NCBI GenBank assembly: GCA_964605885.1
Contig: CAZSED010000004.1
Coordinates: forward strand, 50,618 to 114,617
DNA length: 64,000 bases
Reading direction: 5' to 3'
Source of the DNA: an uncultured Dehalococcoidales bacterium
Lineage (GTDB): Bacteria > Chloroflexota > Dehalococcoidia > GIF9 > UBA5629
Of the stretch, positions 56,448-64,000 are shown one piece after another (the stretch's first letter is position 1; the number at the start of each line of letters is the position of its first letter). A model generated the notes under the pieces. The model saw only the letters and a list, made by a program, of their open reading frames with translations, was not told the origin of the DNA and ran no database searches. Position numbers and translations under genes: made by a program.

Positions 56448-56969
56448 CTAACGGGCGTGGGGAAGGTATTTATCCCATTCGGACCTGTAGTGCAAATACT
56501 GGTAAGGTATGTAAAATCCGACATTGCCGGGCGCCCTCGGCTGCCTTAACAGGGGCATTCCCGCTTCGGAAGGCGTCCTGCCGGCCTTGCGCCTGTTACA
56601 CGGAATGCAGGCCGCCACCACGTTTTCCCAGGTATGACCGCCGTTGCGCCTCCGCGGAATAACGTGGTCCAGCGTGAGCTCCCGCCCTTCCCTTCCGCAA
56701 TACTGGCAGGTATAACGGTCCCTGTTGAAAATTTCCAGCTTGGTCATTTTGCGCGGATGGGAACGTTTGCGCACCAGATAGATCAGCCGGATGACCGAGG
56801 GTATCTCGTAGTTGCCCGAGGAGGCGGCAAAATAGCCGCGGCCGTTCTCCACCACCTCCGCCTTTCCTACAAGCACCAGTATGACAGCCCTACGCACCCT
56901 GCAGATATTCAGCGGCAGGTAGTTCTCATTTAATACGAGTACAGGTTGGTTTACTACGGTCTCGTTCAC
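56448..56969 (-). CDS. HNH endonuclease-domain protein
   Basis: 173-aa ORF. CQYCGREGRELTLDHVIPRRRNGGHTWENVVAACIPCNRRK. Confidence 0.85.
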   Translation of the reverse strand: MNETVVNQPVLVLNENYLPLNICRVRRAVILVLVGKAEVVENGRGYFAASSGNYEIPSVIRLIYLVRKRSHPRKMTKLEIFNRDRYTCQYCGREGRELTLDHVIPRRRNGGHTWENVVAACIPCNRRKAGRTPSEAGMPLLRQPRAPGNVGFYIPYQYLHYRSEWDKYLPHAR

Positions 56970-57029
56970 GTTTACGTAGCAAATATTTTAACAGGAAAGA
57001 TTGATAGTCTCAAAACCGGGGGCAGGCGC

Positions 57030-58439
57030 TCATTTCCTGGGCTTCGGCCGGCCGGGCTGTTTGCGTGTGACAGAATCACCGCGATAGTCAGGCGTGTTGA
57101 TGTTGATATTGCAGCTTATCTTTACATCGGCCAGGCGTGACCCGACGCTGCTCTGCATCTCATCCAGCGATGAGCGCGTGGTAATGACCGTGGGTAAAAT
57201 GGCGTTGTAACGGTAATTGATGAGCTGGTATAGCTTTTCCTGTGCCCAGGGCGTGGCGGAATGCTCGCCGAAATCATCCAGCACCAGGACCTGTATCTTC
57301 TTGATACGTTCGAACAGCGCATCGTATGACAGCCGGCTGTCAGGCCCGAACGAGGAACGCAGGTGGTCCAGCAGGTCAGGTACAACTATGAAAAGCACCT
57401 CTTTGCCGGCGTCACGCAGGTAGTTGGCAATGGCTGCGGCCAGATGCGTCTTACCACACCCGTTGCCGCCCTGGAACACCACCCATTTTTCCGGCGACCT
57501 GGCGAAATCCAGCGCAATATTGTAGGCCTTTTCCAGGTTTTGACGCTCCTCCTCGGTAATGTTGAGCCGCTTGTAGTCGAAGTTCTCAAACCGCATGTTC
57601 TTCAACATGGCCAGGTCCAGGCTGTCCAGGCTCTGCAGGCTGGAAGACTGCTTTTTCAAAATCAATATCTTGCTGAAAAACGGGTCGCTTATATGACCGG
57701 CGTAGTCGCCGCTGAATTCCTCCACCGACATGCCGGTGGTTATCAGTGTGGGTAATTTACCGTTAAAGCGGAACTCAAGAAGCTGGTCGAGCTTGCTCTT
57801 GGACCACGGTGTGGTGGATGAGTAGTCCAGGTTGTCCAGCACCAGCAGTGGGGCTTCCTTTATCCTCTCAAACAGCTCGTCATATTCAATCTCGCTGTTC
57901 GGGCTGAATGCAGCCCGCAGATGGTCCAGCAGTTCCGCCGCAGTTATATAAAACGCCGGGTGTCCCTGGCCTATGCGGTAATTGGCCACGGCACTGGCCA
58001 AATGCGTTTTTCCGCTGCCCACGGGTCCGGCCAGCACCAGCCATCCCTGCGGGTTCTCGGCGAATTTGCGCGCCTCGCCCAGGGCCAGCTGGAACAGTTT
58101 CTGGGAGCCGCTGTCGGTGTCACGTCCCGAGGCCACAAGATTATCGAACGTCAGGCTTGAGAGTGCGCCCAGGTTGCTGATCGATTGCAGCCGTTCGCTC
58201 CTTTTGCGGTCTATTTCCCCGCGAGTACAGATGCAAGGTATCAGCCGGCTGTAATCAGGCTCGCCTGAGGGCAGCAGGGGATGGACAAACCTGGTGCCGT
58301 GACACAGCTGGCATTCCGAGCGGTCTGCAGCCTGGGAGTCAGCCACGTCAGCCTTATCGTTGGACAACATGTCCGTATTTTCCTTTGATATATTTATCAG
58401 GGTCGCTTCCTGCGACAGTATCTCGGACAGATTTTCCAT
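57030..58439 (-). CDS. helicase-loader-like protein with N-terminal Cys4 zinc module and two tandem DnaC/DnaI-type AAA+ modules
   Basis: 469-aa ORF. C43xxC46...C69xC71. Module 1 has GPVGSGKTH and LLVLDNLD. Module 2 has GGNGCGKTH and VLVLDDFG. Both share LLDHLR..F.P.S...YD.LFERIK and ITT. An alternative start at ATG 58370 would cut the overlap with the upstream gene to 17 nt. Confidence 0.8.
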   Translation of the reverse strand: MENLSEILSQEATLINISKENTDMLSNDKADVADSQAADRSECQLCHGTRFVHPLLPSGEPDYSRLIPCICTRGEIDRKRSERLQSISNLGALSSLTFDNLVASGRDTDSGSQKLFQLALGEARKFAENPQGWLVLAGPVGSGKTHLASAVANYRIGQGHPAFYITAAELLDHLRAAFSPNSEIEYDELFERIKEAPLLVLDNLDYSSTTPWSKSKLDQLLEFRFNGKLPTLITTGMSVEEFSGDYAGHISDPFFSKILILKKQSSSLQSLDSLDLAMLKNMRFENFDYKRLNITEEERQNLEKAYNIALDFARSPEKWVVFQGGNGCGKTHLAAAIANYLRDAGKEVLFIVVPDLLDHLRSSFGPDSRLSYDALFERIKKIQVLVLDDFGEHSATPWAQEKLYQLINYRYNAILPTVITTRSSLDEMQSSVGSRLADVKISCNININTPDYRGDSVTRKQPGRPKPRK

Positions 58440-59076
58440 CTTTTCTTCCTTCCCGCTCCCAGCGTTTTAATATGCTCAGTATATACTTCCAGCTCCTGAC
58501 GTTTGCCCTGACTGCTTCTTTAAAAGCCTCCTGGATCCAATCCGCCGGGTAGCGGTGCTCCGCTTCCTGCAGGTCCTCGGCGATGATGGGGGTCAGCAGG
58601 CCGATATTCTGCTCGTAGAGATTATAAATATCGGACGGCTGCGGAGCTGCGGGAATTTCCGTTTTGCGCACTTTCATGCGCGGCATCTTCAGCGAGCCGT
58701 CAAGCACTCTTGATATAGTTTCCTGTTCGCTCTGGTTGTTGATAAAGTACGCTTCATCGGCCTGCCCGTCCATTTCCACCGGGACGCTGAGCAATACGCC
58801 ATGCGCCACAGCCGACTTCAGCGCCTGCCTGAGCAGATCATCCAGGTTCCCCCCCGGCTCGCCCAGTCCCTTGACTATGACGGGATCGGAGTGCAGCTCA
58901 CCCAGGCTGACAAAGCGAGGGTAGCCGCGCCGCCTGCTGAGCAGGAACATGATGTGCATCACGGTCTTGATCTCGGCGATGTCTGAAAGCCCGGGCAGTA
59001 CCTCGGTAAAAAATATATTGGCTAACGGCGTCACTTCCGGGCGGGGCGGAAACCCCTTAAAAGCGCTCTCTGCCAT
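58354..59076 (-). CDS. DnaD-domain replication/primosome protein
   Basis: 240-aa ORF. The C-terminal block IYNLYEQNIGLLTPIIAEDLQEAEHRYPADWIQEAFKEAVRANVRSWKYILSILKRWEREG is the DnaD/DnaB_2 repeat pattern. Confidence 0.78.
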   Translation of the reverse strand: MAESAFKGFPPRPEVTPLANIFFTEVLPGLSDIAEIKTVMHIMFLLSRRRGYPRFVSLGELHSDPVIVKGLGEPGGNLDDLLRQALKSAVAHGVLLSVPVEMDGQADEAYFINNQSEQETISRVLDGSLKMPRMKVRKTEIPAAPQPSDIYNLYEQNIGLLTPIIAEDLQEAEHRYPADWIQEAFKEAVRANVRSWKYILSILKRWEREGRKDGKSVRDTVAGSDPDKYIKGKYGHVVQR

Positions 59077-59082
59077 CCTCTC

Positions 59083-60486
59083 TTACCTCGAGAAATACCG
59101 TGAATCCTGGCCTACCTCGATGATATTGTTATCAAACTTGGTAGTTTCCTGGATGAACCTGAGCAATACTTCTCCGGTGGGTCCGTTGCGGTTCTTGGCA
59201 ATAATGATCTCGGCCACCCCGCGTGGATAAGGAGATTCCTCGCCGAACTCCCGCAGCCACTCTTCTTCACTGTATAATTTCTCAGGCCGGTGGATGAACA
59301 TCACAACATCGGCATCCTGCTCGATGCTGCCGCTGTCGCGCAGGTCGGAAAGCTGCGGTTTGATCTGCTGTTTCTGCTTCTTGCCCTCCTGGCGGTGCTC
59401 GATGTAGCGGCTGAGCTGTGATAACGCCAGAACGGGGGCGTCAAGCTCCCGGGCCAGCGCCTTTAAGGCCTGGGTGATCTCGGTTATCTCCTGCACGCGG
59501 TTGTCGTTCCTCGAATCCCCGCGCACAAGCTGTATGTAATCCAGGACAACCATGTCGACATTCCGCTTGAGATGAAGCCTCTTGGCTTTGCTGCGTATCT
59601 CACTGATACGCATATTAGGCGTATCGTCAATAAAGATCGATGTCTCGGCCAGCCTGGGAATTATGTCCCTGTGCAGCAGCCTCTCCTCGAGCTCGGAAAA
59701 ACGTCCCTTCCTGAAGTGTTGCGATTCGATATTGGCCTCGCTGGATAGCAGCCTCTGGATTACCTCACGCCGTGACATCTCAAGGCTGAAGATAGCCACG
59801 CAGGCATTCTGGTTTACAGCGGCGTTCCTGGCCATGTTCAGCGCCAGGCTGGTCTTGCCGATGCTGGTCCTGGCGGCCAGGATAACCAGCTCCGAGCGCT
59901 GCAGCCCGCCCAGCGCATTATCGATGGCATTGAAGCCGGTCTTAACGCTCTGGATATCGCTGGCAAAGGCCGTCTTGCCGGCCTCCTCAAAGTACACGTT
60001 GAGGGCGTCCTGGATTGGCACGAAATCGCCGCGTGAGTGGCGTGTCCTCAGTTTGAAGATGATGTCCTCCGCCCTGGTCAGCGAAAGGTCCACGTCGGGA
60101 TCTGCCTTGTAGCCGATGGACTCGATCTGGCCGGCGGCGCTGATCAGCCTCCGCATGGTGGCCAGCCTGAAAACGATCTGGGCATAATGCAGCACGTGCA
60201 GGGAGGTGGGGACTATGGACACCAGATGGCTCAAATAGGCCGCGCCGCCCGCTTCGTCCAGCTTATTCAGCCGGGCAAGCTCCTGCGCCACCGTGATCTG
60301 GTTTATGGCTTCATCACGCAGAAACAGGTTGCGGCAGGCATTATAGACTATCTGATTCTGCTCGCTGAAAAAGTCCTCGCTGCCGATTACAGTATCGATC
60401 TCATTGATAGCCTCGTTGTCTATCAATAAGGAGCCCAGCACGGCTTCTTCTGCATCCAGATCATACGGGGGAAGTGCTTCTGTCAC
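59083..60486 (-). CDS. dnaB: replicative DNA helicase DnaB
   Basis: 467-aa ORF. PPYDLDAEEAVLGSLL, ARTSIGKTS, and a RecA-like C-terminal domain. Confidence 0.96.
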   Translation of the reverse strand: MTEALPPYDLDAEEAVLGSLLIDNEAINEIDTVIGSEDFFSEQNQIVYNACRNLFLRDEAINQITVAQELARLNKLDEAGGAAYLSHLVSIVPTSLHVLHYAQIVFRLATMRRLISAAGQIESIGYKADPDVDLSLTRAEDIIFKLRTRHSRGDFVPIQDALNVYFEEAGKTAFASDIQSVKTGFNAIDNALGGLQRSELVILAARTSIGKTSLALNMARNAAVNQNACVAIFSLEMSRREVIQRLLSSEANIESQHFRKGRFSELEERLLHRDIIPRLAETSIFIDDTPNMRISEIRSKAKRLHLKRNVDMVVLDYIQLVRGDSRNDNRVQEITEITQALKALARELDAPVLALSQLSRYIEHRQEGKKQKQQIKPQLSDLRDSGSIEQDADVVMFIHRPEKLYSEEEWLREFGEESPYPRGVAEIIIAKNRNGPTGEVLLRFIQETTKFDNNIIEVGQDSRYFSR

Positions 60487-60489
60487 CGG

Positions 60490-60942
60490 TTAAGATTCCT
60501 CTACCTCAATTATAACCTTTATTTTAGCCATTGCATCCCTGGAAAAAATAACATCTACCTCATGTTCCCCAACTTTATGTAAGGGACCTTTAAGCGCAAT
60601 TTTTTTTCTGTCCACTTCAACGTTGGCCAGCTTGGAAAGCTCCTGGGCAATATCCGCGGCGGTGATGGAACCGTGCAGGGTTCCCCTGGCGCTCGACTTG
60701 GCCTTGAAATGAAGCTCTTTGCCTTCAATCTGCCCGGCCAGTTCAACATATTCGCCGTGCTCGCGTGCACGCTTCTTTTCCCGCTCCTGGGCTATCTTTT
60801 CCGCCGATTTTATTGCGCCCGGCGTTGCCGGCAGGGCCAGTCCCCTCGGCAGGAGGTAGTTCCTGGCGTACCCATCGGATACTTCCTTTATATCGCCCCT
60901 TTTTTCCTTGTGCGATACATCCTCAATAAATACAACTTTCAT
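60490..60942 (-). CDS. rplI: 50S ribosomal protein L9
   Basis: 150-aa ORF. MKVVFIEDV...GDIKEVSDGYARNYLLPRGLA. Confidence 0.95.
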   Translation of the reverse strand: MKVVFIEDVSHKEKRGDIKEVSDGYARNYLLPRGLALPATPGAIKSAEKIAQEREKKRAREHGEYVELAGQIEGKELHFKAKSSARGTLHGSITAADIAQELSKLANVEVDRKKIALKGPLHKVGEHEVDVIFSRDAMAKIKVIIEVEES

Positions 60943-61270
60943 GAAAAAACTCCTTTGAAGCTCTACTGTGCAGCCGCCATTATTATACCGGATGTTTACA
61001 CTGTCAAAATGACTTCTACCGTTAGGCTATCGCGCTAAATCTTACTGACAAAGAGAGGTCTGTTTGCTACTGACTTTAAAGATAAAACCGGCCGCCTGCC
61101 ACTATCAAGTCCCTGACCAACAAACAGTTTAAATCCTTTTCATTAAAACAGTCAACAGCCTATCTGGTATGAAGCTGCGCCTCTTTAGGAGCGAAGAAAC
61201 AGGCATAAATTACTTTGCCGGCTGATAAATCATTATAATTAATGCGAGGGGCGAACTCAGGTTCATTTGC

Positions 61271-61300
61271 TTGACATATAAAGGTAACGCAACATATAAT
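61271..61300 (+). promoter_or_regulatory. consensus-like promoter of the yceD-rpmF operon
   Basis: TTGACA (61271-61276), 18 nt, TATAAT (61295-61300). Confidence 0.6.
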
Positions 61301-61329
61301 GAGCCAATTTCACGTTCGAATCCGGTAAT

Positions 61330-61839
61330 ATGCAAATTAACGTTGCCCAGCTCCTCAAAGAGCCGGTGGGAGCGCAGCGCAACTATAAGGTTGATGAACT
61401 TGCCGGCGAAAGTGATGAAGACCACGTTTCGGGTGAGGTTGCATTGACCCGCACTAACCGTGGAATTCTGGTATCGGGCGCTCTCTCCGCAGATTTGAAG
61501 TGTACATGCTCAAGGTGCCTGTGCCCGGTACACGTCAAGGTTAAGTTTAACATGGATGATGAATTTTTCCCCGTCTCGGATATGATTACAGGCGAGCGCA
61601 CCGAGCTGGCCGCCGATGATTTTATCATAGGCGATGACCATATCCTTGACCTGAGTGAGGCCTTCCGACAGTATATGATTATGGCACAGCCTACCAAGAT
61701 ACTCTGCAGGCCTGATTGCCCGGGCATCTGTCCGGTGTGCGGCCAGGAATTGTCTAAAGGCAACTGCGGGCATGCAGACAGGTCCCGCGACCACAGGTGG
61801 GACAAGTTAATTCAGCAAGAAAAGGAGAGCAAGGTTTAA
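61330..61839 (+). CDS. YceD-family (DUF177) protein
   Basis: 169-aa ORF. CSRCLCPV...CRPDCPGICPVCG. Canonical position upstream of rpmF. Confidence 0.88.
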   Translation: MQINVAQLLKEPVGAQRNYKVDELAGESDEDHVSGEVALTRTNRGILVSGALSADLKCTCSRCLCPVHVKVKFNMDDEFFPVSDMITGERTELAADDFIIGDDHILDLSEAFRQYMIMAQPTKILCRPDCPGICPVCGQELSKGNCGHADRSRDHRWDKLIQQEKESKV

Positions 61840-62043
61840 ATGGCACCACTTCCAAAGAAAAAATATCCCAAGGCGCGCCAGGGCAAAAGGCGCAGTCATC
61901 TGGCAAGAAGCGCAGCGGCTACTATCGAATGTTCACGCTGCCACAGCTTGAAACTGTCGCACCAGGTCTGCCCCACCTGCGGTACTTATGACGGAAGGGA
62001 AGTTATTGAAGTTAAAGCCCCGCAGAAGAGAAAGAAGAAATAG
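61840..62043 (+). CDS. rpmF: 50S ribosomal protein L32
   Basis: 67-aa ORF. MAPLPKKKYPKARQGKRRSH and the zinc form CSRC...CPTCG. Confidence 0.95.
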   Translation: MAPLPKKKYPKARQGKRRSHLARSAAATIECSRCHSLKLSHQVCPTCGTYDGREVIEVKAPQKRKKK

Positions 62044-62077
62044 CCGCCGCTGATTTAGCGCTTTAAGGAGGAAGTAA

Positions 62078-63028
62078 ATGGTCGAGGAAGTAAAAGTGGC
62101 CTTTGTATTTCCAGGCCAGGAGTCCAAGCAGGTGGGCATGGGACTAGACCTTTACGTCCACTACAATGCAGCCAGGGAGGTTTTTGACGAGGTAGATAAG
62201 GCCCTGGGCTTTCCGCTTTCACGGTTATGCTTTGAAGGGCCTGAGGAAGACCTTTTCCAGACTATAAACGTGCAGGCCGCCGTGCTTACGGTAGACTTGG
62301 CCTGCCTGAGAGCCGCCGAGGAACTGAGCGAGCACACGCTTCCGCGCCCCACCATGGTGGCGGGGCATGGCGCCGGTGAATTTGCCGCCATGGTGGCTGC
62401 CGGCGTTATAAAGCTGGGCGACGCTGTGCGCCTGATACGCGAGCGCGGCCGGCTCATGAACGAGGCCGGGCGGCGCAAGCCCGGCGGAATGCTGACTATT
62501 ATGGATATGGACAGGGATGTCATCGAGGGCATATGCATCACCACCGGGGTTGAGATTGCCAATATTAACGCCCCCGACAATATCGTGGTGGCCGGCGAGG
62601 ACGAGAAATTGGCCAAGGCCAGGAGGCTGGCCCAGGTAAAGGGGGCCAAGCGCATGACGCCGGTCAAAGTCAGCGGGGCATTTCACTCATCTCTCATGGA
62701 GCCGGCGCTGGCGGGAATGATTAGCGCTGTTTCACAGTTCACCTTTGAGGCTCCGCAGGTGCCCGTCGTGGCCAACGTCACAGCCCAGCCCATGAACAAT
62801 CTTGACGCCATCAAAGAGGAAATCATCAGCCAGATCGCCCACGGCATCAAGTGGCAGCAGACGATAGAAATGATGGTAGCCCGCGGCATTACCACCTTTT
62901 TTGAAATTGGCCCGGGTGATTTGCTTACCAGGTACATAAAAAGCATCAGCCCCGGTGCGCTTACATTCAATATTAGCAACGCTCAGACAGCCAGTGAAAT
63001 AGTGAAGTGGCGCAAAGGTGGGAGGTAA
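62078..63028 (+). CDS. FabD-family (malonyl-CoA:ACP transacylase) homologue lacking the catalytic serine
   Basis: 316-aa ORF with RBS AAGGAGGA. Full-length collinearity with FabD: FPGQ..., RERGRLM Arg, VSGAFHSSLM His. The nucleophile elbow reads GHGAGE (Gly98, codon GGC 62369-62371) instead of GHSLGE, and FPGQGSQ is FPGQESK. Confidence 0.85.
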   Translation: MVEEVKVAFVFPGQESKQVGMGLDLYVHYNAAREVFDEVDKALGFPLSRLCFEGPEEDLFQTINVQAAVLTVDLACLRAAEELSEHTLPRPTMVAGHGAGEFAAMVAAGVIKLGDAVRLIRERGRLMNEAGRRKPGGMLTIMDMDRDVIEGICITTGVEIANINAPDNIVVAGEDEKLAKARRLAQVKGAKRMTPVKVSGAFHSSLMEPALAGMISAVSQFTFEAPQVPVVANVTAQPMNNLDAIKEEIISQIAHGIKWQQTIEMMVARGITTFFEIGPGDLLTRYIKSISPGALTFNISNAQTASEIVKWRKGGR

Positions 63029-63071
63029 GCGGGAAAGGGGTTCAGCCACCGTCTGATCGACCGTTACCACT

Positions 63072-63497
63072 ATGTCCACAAGTCTGCGTCACCGCGCCAG
63101 GGTTGTCGCCCTGCAAACGCTGTATGAACTTGAGTTCGCAGCCAACAAGCCCGATACCATATTCAAGCGGACGTTAGAAGAAAAGGAGCTTAGCGGTGAG
63201 GCGGCTGATTTTTCAGCCCAACTTTTACAGGGTGTAATCGATAATAAGAAATTACTGGACGAGTCAATCGGCCGCTTTGCACCGGCCTTTCCCGTAGACC
63301 AGCTGGCACCCATGGACCGTAACATACTGCGCATCGCGCTGTATGAAATACTGGTCAGTAAAGCAGTGCCTGCCAAGGTGGCCATCAACGAAGCGGTGGA
63401 GCTGGCCAAGCAGTTCGGAGCCGATACCGCCCCCAAATTTATAAACGGCGTGCTGGGTTCCGCCATTTCAGATACAAAAACGCTGCGCAATAAATGA
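63072..63497 (+). CDS. nusB: transcription antitermination factor NusB
   Basis: 141-aa ORF. RHRARVVALQTLYELEF... and INEAVELAKQFG...KFINGVLG. Confidence 0.93.
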   Translation: MSTSLRHRARVVALQTLYELEFAANKPDTIFKRTLEEKELSGEAADFSAQLLQGVIDNKKLLDESIGRFAPAFPVDQLAPMDRNILRIALYEILVSKAVPAKVAINEAVELAKQFGADTAPKFINGVLGSAISDTKTLRNK

Positions 63498-63544
63498 ATT
63501 GATGCACGGGTAGAGCACATCGTATAATTATGCGGGGGTAAGCA

Positions 63545-63805
63545 TTGGCCAGGATTTTTGATAAGATCAAGACCATACTTGTTGACGAACTTGGCGTCGA
63601 TGAGAATGCCATTGCGCCTTCGGCTTCCCTGATTGACGACCTAAACATGGACCCGGACGATCTGGCGGAGTTCTTCACCACGGTAGAAGATAACTTCAGC
63701 AAACCGGACAACAAGATAGAGATACCTGAGGAAGAGGCGGATAATTTGATTACCGTCCAGAACCTGATGGATTACCTGGCCGATTCCGGCGTGGACGATT
63801 CGTAG
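63545..63805 (+). CDS. acyl-carrier-protein-like protein lacking the phosphopantetheine-attachment serine
   Basis: 86-aa ORF with TTG start. Aligns with AcpP end to end (IKTILVDELGV...ASLIDDL...EIPEEEADNLITVQNLMDYL). The DSL attachment motif reads DPD (Pro37, codon CCG 63653-63655). Confidence 0.75.
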   Translation: MARIFDKIKTILVDELGVDENAIAPSASLIDDLNMDPDDLAEFFTTVEDNFSKPDNKIEIPEEEADNLITVQNLMDYLADSGVDDS

Positions 63806-63810
63806 CTGCC

Positions 63811-64000
63811 CTATCCGGCGGGTGATAAAGCAGCCATATCTTCCAACAGATTTTTAAGAACCTCCTGCCAATCCTTGCCTGCCATCTCCATATCCATCCT
63901 TACCTGCCTGTTGCCCACCCTGAAAGCCTTCCTGCCAGCCACCTTCGACAGGACACCTGCAGCCGGGACCTCTTCACCGAAAGCAATGGTCAGGGCATCG
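63811..64000 (-). CDS. hypothetical protein, C-terminal fragment (5' end outside window)
   Basis: An open frame on the minus strand runs from the window edge to TAG (63813-63811): ...DALTIAFGEEVPAAGVLSKVAGRKAFRVGNRQVRMDMEMAGKDWQEVLKNLLEDMAALSPAG. I recognise no motif. Confidence 0.35.
   Translation of the reverse strand, partial: DALTIAFGEEVPAAGVLSKVAGRKAFRVGNRQVRMDMEMAGKDWQEVLKNLLEDMAALSPAG

Noticed and set aside
61314-61323. GTTCGAATCC, a tRNA T-loop-like string suggesting a tRNA gene
   Set aside because: The flanking bases (tcacg / ccggt) cannot form a T-stem, and no acceptor, D or anticodon arms can be drawn. It lies in the 5' leader just before the yceD start codon.
61210-61425. 71-aa minus-strand ORF
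   Set aside because: It overlaps the consensus yceD promoter and the first 96 nt of yceD. It has no ribosome-binding site and no recognisable motif.

Overview
High-GC (roughly 55-60% by eye) bacterial chromosome segment, almost entirely core and housekeeping genes. I saw no transposase, integrase, CRISPR array or tRNA. The gene order (clpC-radA-ispDF-cysS; DnaB/DnaD/DnaI-type primosome; CIRCE-groESL) suggests a monoderm-type lineage, possibly Chloroflexota, but I cannot verify this.

Content runs hisHF; a nitrogen block (NrpR-like repressor, atypical OmpR-type regulator, amt-glnK, second amt, GSI-beta glnA, GSI-alpha glnA, pdxT); ctpA; rnpB; tsaD; groESL; pdxS; tmk/rnhB/yraN; a PAS-GGDEF sensor; a small accessory patch (CMD, DUF4389, DUF1893, ECF S-component, nitroreductase, corA); a MarR-controlled MFS efflux operon; gatB/secG; cysS-ispF-ispD-radA-clpC; an isolated 5S rRNA gene; ruvB; rpoB-rpoC; lysA-holB-ricT; a rplI-dnaB-dnaD-dnaI replication operon; and yceD-rpmF-fabD-like-nusB-ACP-like.

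Most interesting observations:
1. The nitrogen cluster has two unrelated regulator types side by side. It also has a GTAAC/TTAAC/GTAAC/GAAAC array at 11-bp spacing and a 21-nt box shared by two promoters.
2. A FabD homologue lacks its catalytic Ser and an ACP homologue lacks its phosphopantetheine Ser. Both sit in a stripped-down rpmF-linked fatty-acid cluster.
3. A helicase loader carries two tandem DnaC/DnaI AAA+ modules in one polypeptide.
4. A 5S rRNA gene is unlinked from 23S and has its own near-consensus promoter.

All protein calls rest on motif recognition from memory. No database search was possible.
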